From the NCBI GenBank assembly GCA_963783575.1, contig CAWAOD010000005.1:288001-352000 (forward strand): 64,000 bases of DNA, given 5' to 3'. Source of the stretch: an uncultured Spirochaetota bacterium. Lineage in GTDB: Bacteria > Spirochaetota > Brevinematia > Brevinematales > JAOACQ01. The notes beneath the pieces were generated by a model, which had not been told where the DNA came from, did not search any database, and saw only the letters and a list, made by a program, of their open reading frames with translations. Of the stretch, positions 63,270-64,000 are shown piece by piece; position 1 is the first letter of the stretch, and the number at the start of each line of letters is the position of its first letter. The position numbers and the translations under genes were made by a program.

Positions 63270-64000
63270 ATGGAACAAAAAATGCTTATCAGTTTATTAA
63301 TATGGGTATGGATAACGATCATTGCTTTAATATTCGGTGTTATGCTTATCAGGGTTATCTCCAGGCTTTTCAATCTTTATGAGAATGTAAATATTTCTTT
63401 ACCGGTTGTTTTTATTGCAGGTATTATGTTTTTAACCACGGTTTCAAGTTATTTTTCACTTTTTATTAAGATCGGACTGCTGGCGAACTGCATTTTGATT
63501 ATTACAGCCATAGTTTATTGTGTATTTGATTTTTCTTTTATTAAAATATTTTTATCTAACGGCATTAAACGTCTTAAAACTGTGAATATCTATATTATAC
63601 TTTTGTTTATTTCAATTTTCATAGTTTTTTTGATCGAATCCTCTTTTTATATTCCCAAGAATTATGACACATCGCTTTATCACGCCCAGGCGATTCACTG
63701 GATTGAGAAATTCAGGGTTATACCGGGGCTTGGAAATTTGTATTTCAGGCTTGCGTACAACAGCAGTTGGTTTATTACCTCGGCTTTATTCAGTTTTTCA
63801 TTTTTAGGGGGTCAATCTTTTCATATATTAAACGGAATATTTTCCATAATATTTTTAATCTATCTATTGACCGGCCTGGACAGGCTTTTTAAAGGGGAAT
63901 ACCATTCAGGTTATTTGTTCGGCGTGATAGCTCTTCCTATAATGCTTTTTCTTTATGCAAATTTTATATCGTCACCTGATACGGATACACCCGCAGTTAT
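63270..64000 (+). CDS. LIC_10190-like multi-pass membrane protein (partial; runs off the window)
   Basis: Manual translation is open to the edge: many TM segments, YDTSLYHAQAIHWIE...PGLGNL..RLAYNSSWF, SSPDTD. Confidence 0.75.
   Translation, partial: MEQKMLISLLIWVWITIIALIFGVMLIRVISRLFNLYENVNISLPVVFIAGIMFLTTVSSYFSLFIKIGLLANCILIITAIVYCVFDFSFIKIFLSNGIKRLKTVNIYIILLFISIFIVFLIESSFYIPKNYDTSLYHAQAIHWIEKFRVIPGLGNLYFRLAYNSSWFITSALFSFSFLGGQSFHILNGIFSIIFLIYLLTGLDRLFKGEYHSGYLFGVIALPIMLFLYANFISSPDTDTPAV

Overview
AT-rich (~35% GC by eye) bacterial chromosomal segment. The gene content (lolD/lolE, OmpA, acpP-coaD-pta, TPR proteins, LIC_10190-like membrane protein) suggests a Spirochaetota-like organism; this is inference only. 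Most of it is housekeeping or metabolic: ilvE, queC, recX, clpB, trmB, gatC, argS, serC/serA, rex, msrB, wbaP, beta-mannosidase, pdp/cdd and an argD-like aminotransferase. Accessory or unusual content: (1) one complete IS1380-family element with TIRs and a 5-bp TSD; (2) a decayed padR/ferredoxin-nitroreductase pair; (3) a small-protein plus nucleotidyltransferase pair resembling a toxin-antitoxin module; (4) a queC-DUF366 operon; (5) several families of intergenic palindromic repeats; (6) several genes split by single-base frameshifts. The most striking non-coding structure is the rex promoter, which lies entirely inside a 48-bp spacer between 25-bp perfect inverted repeats (each containing a Rex box) and between divergent genes, so it may be an invertible promoter. 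A degenerate second copy of the rex 3' end lies at the far end of the rex operon. No rRNA, tRNA or CRISPR array was recognised.
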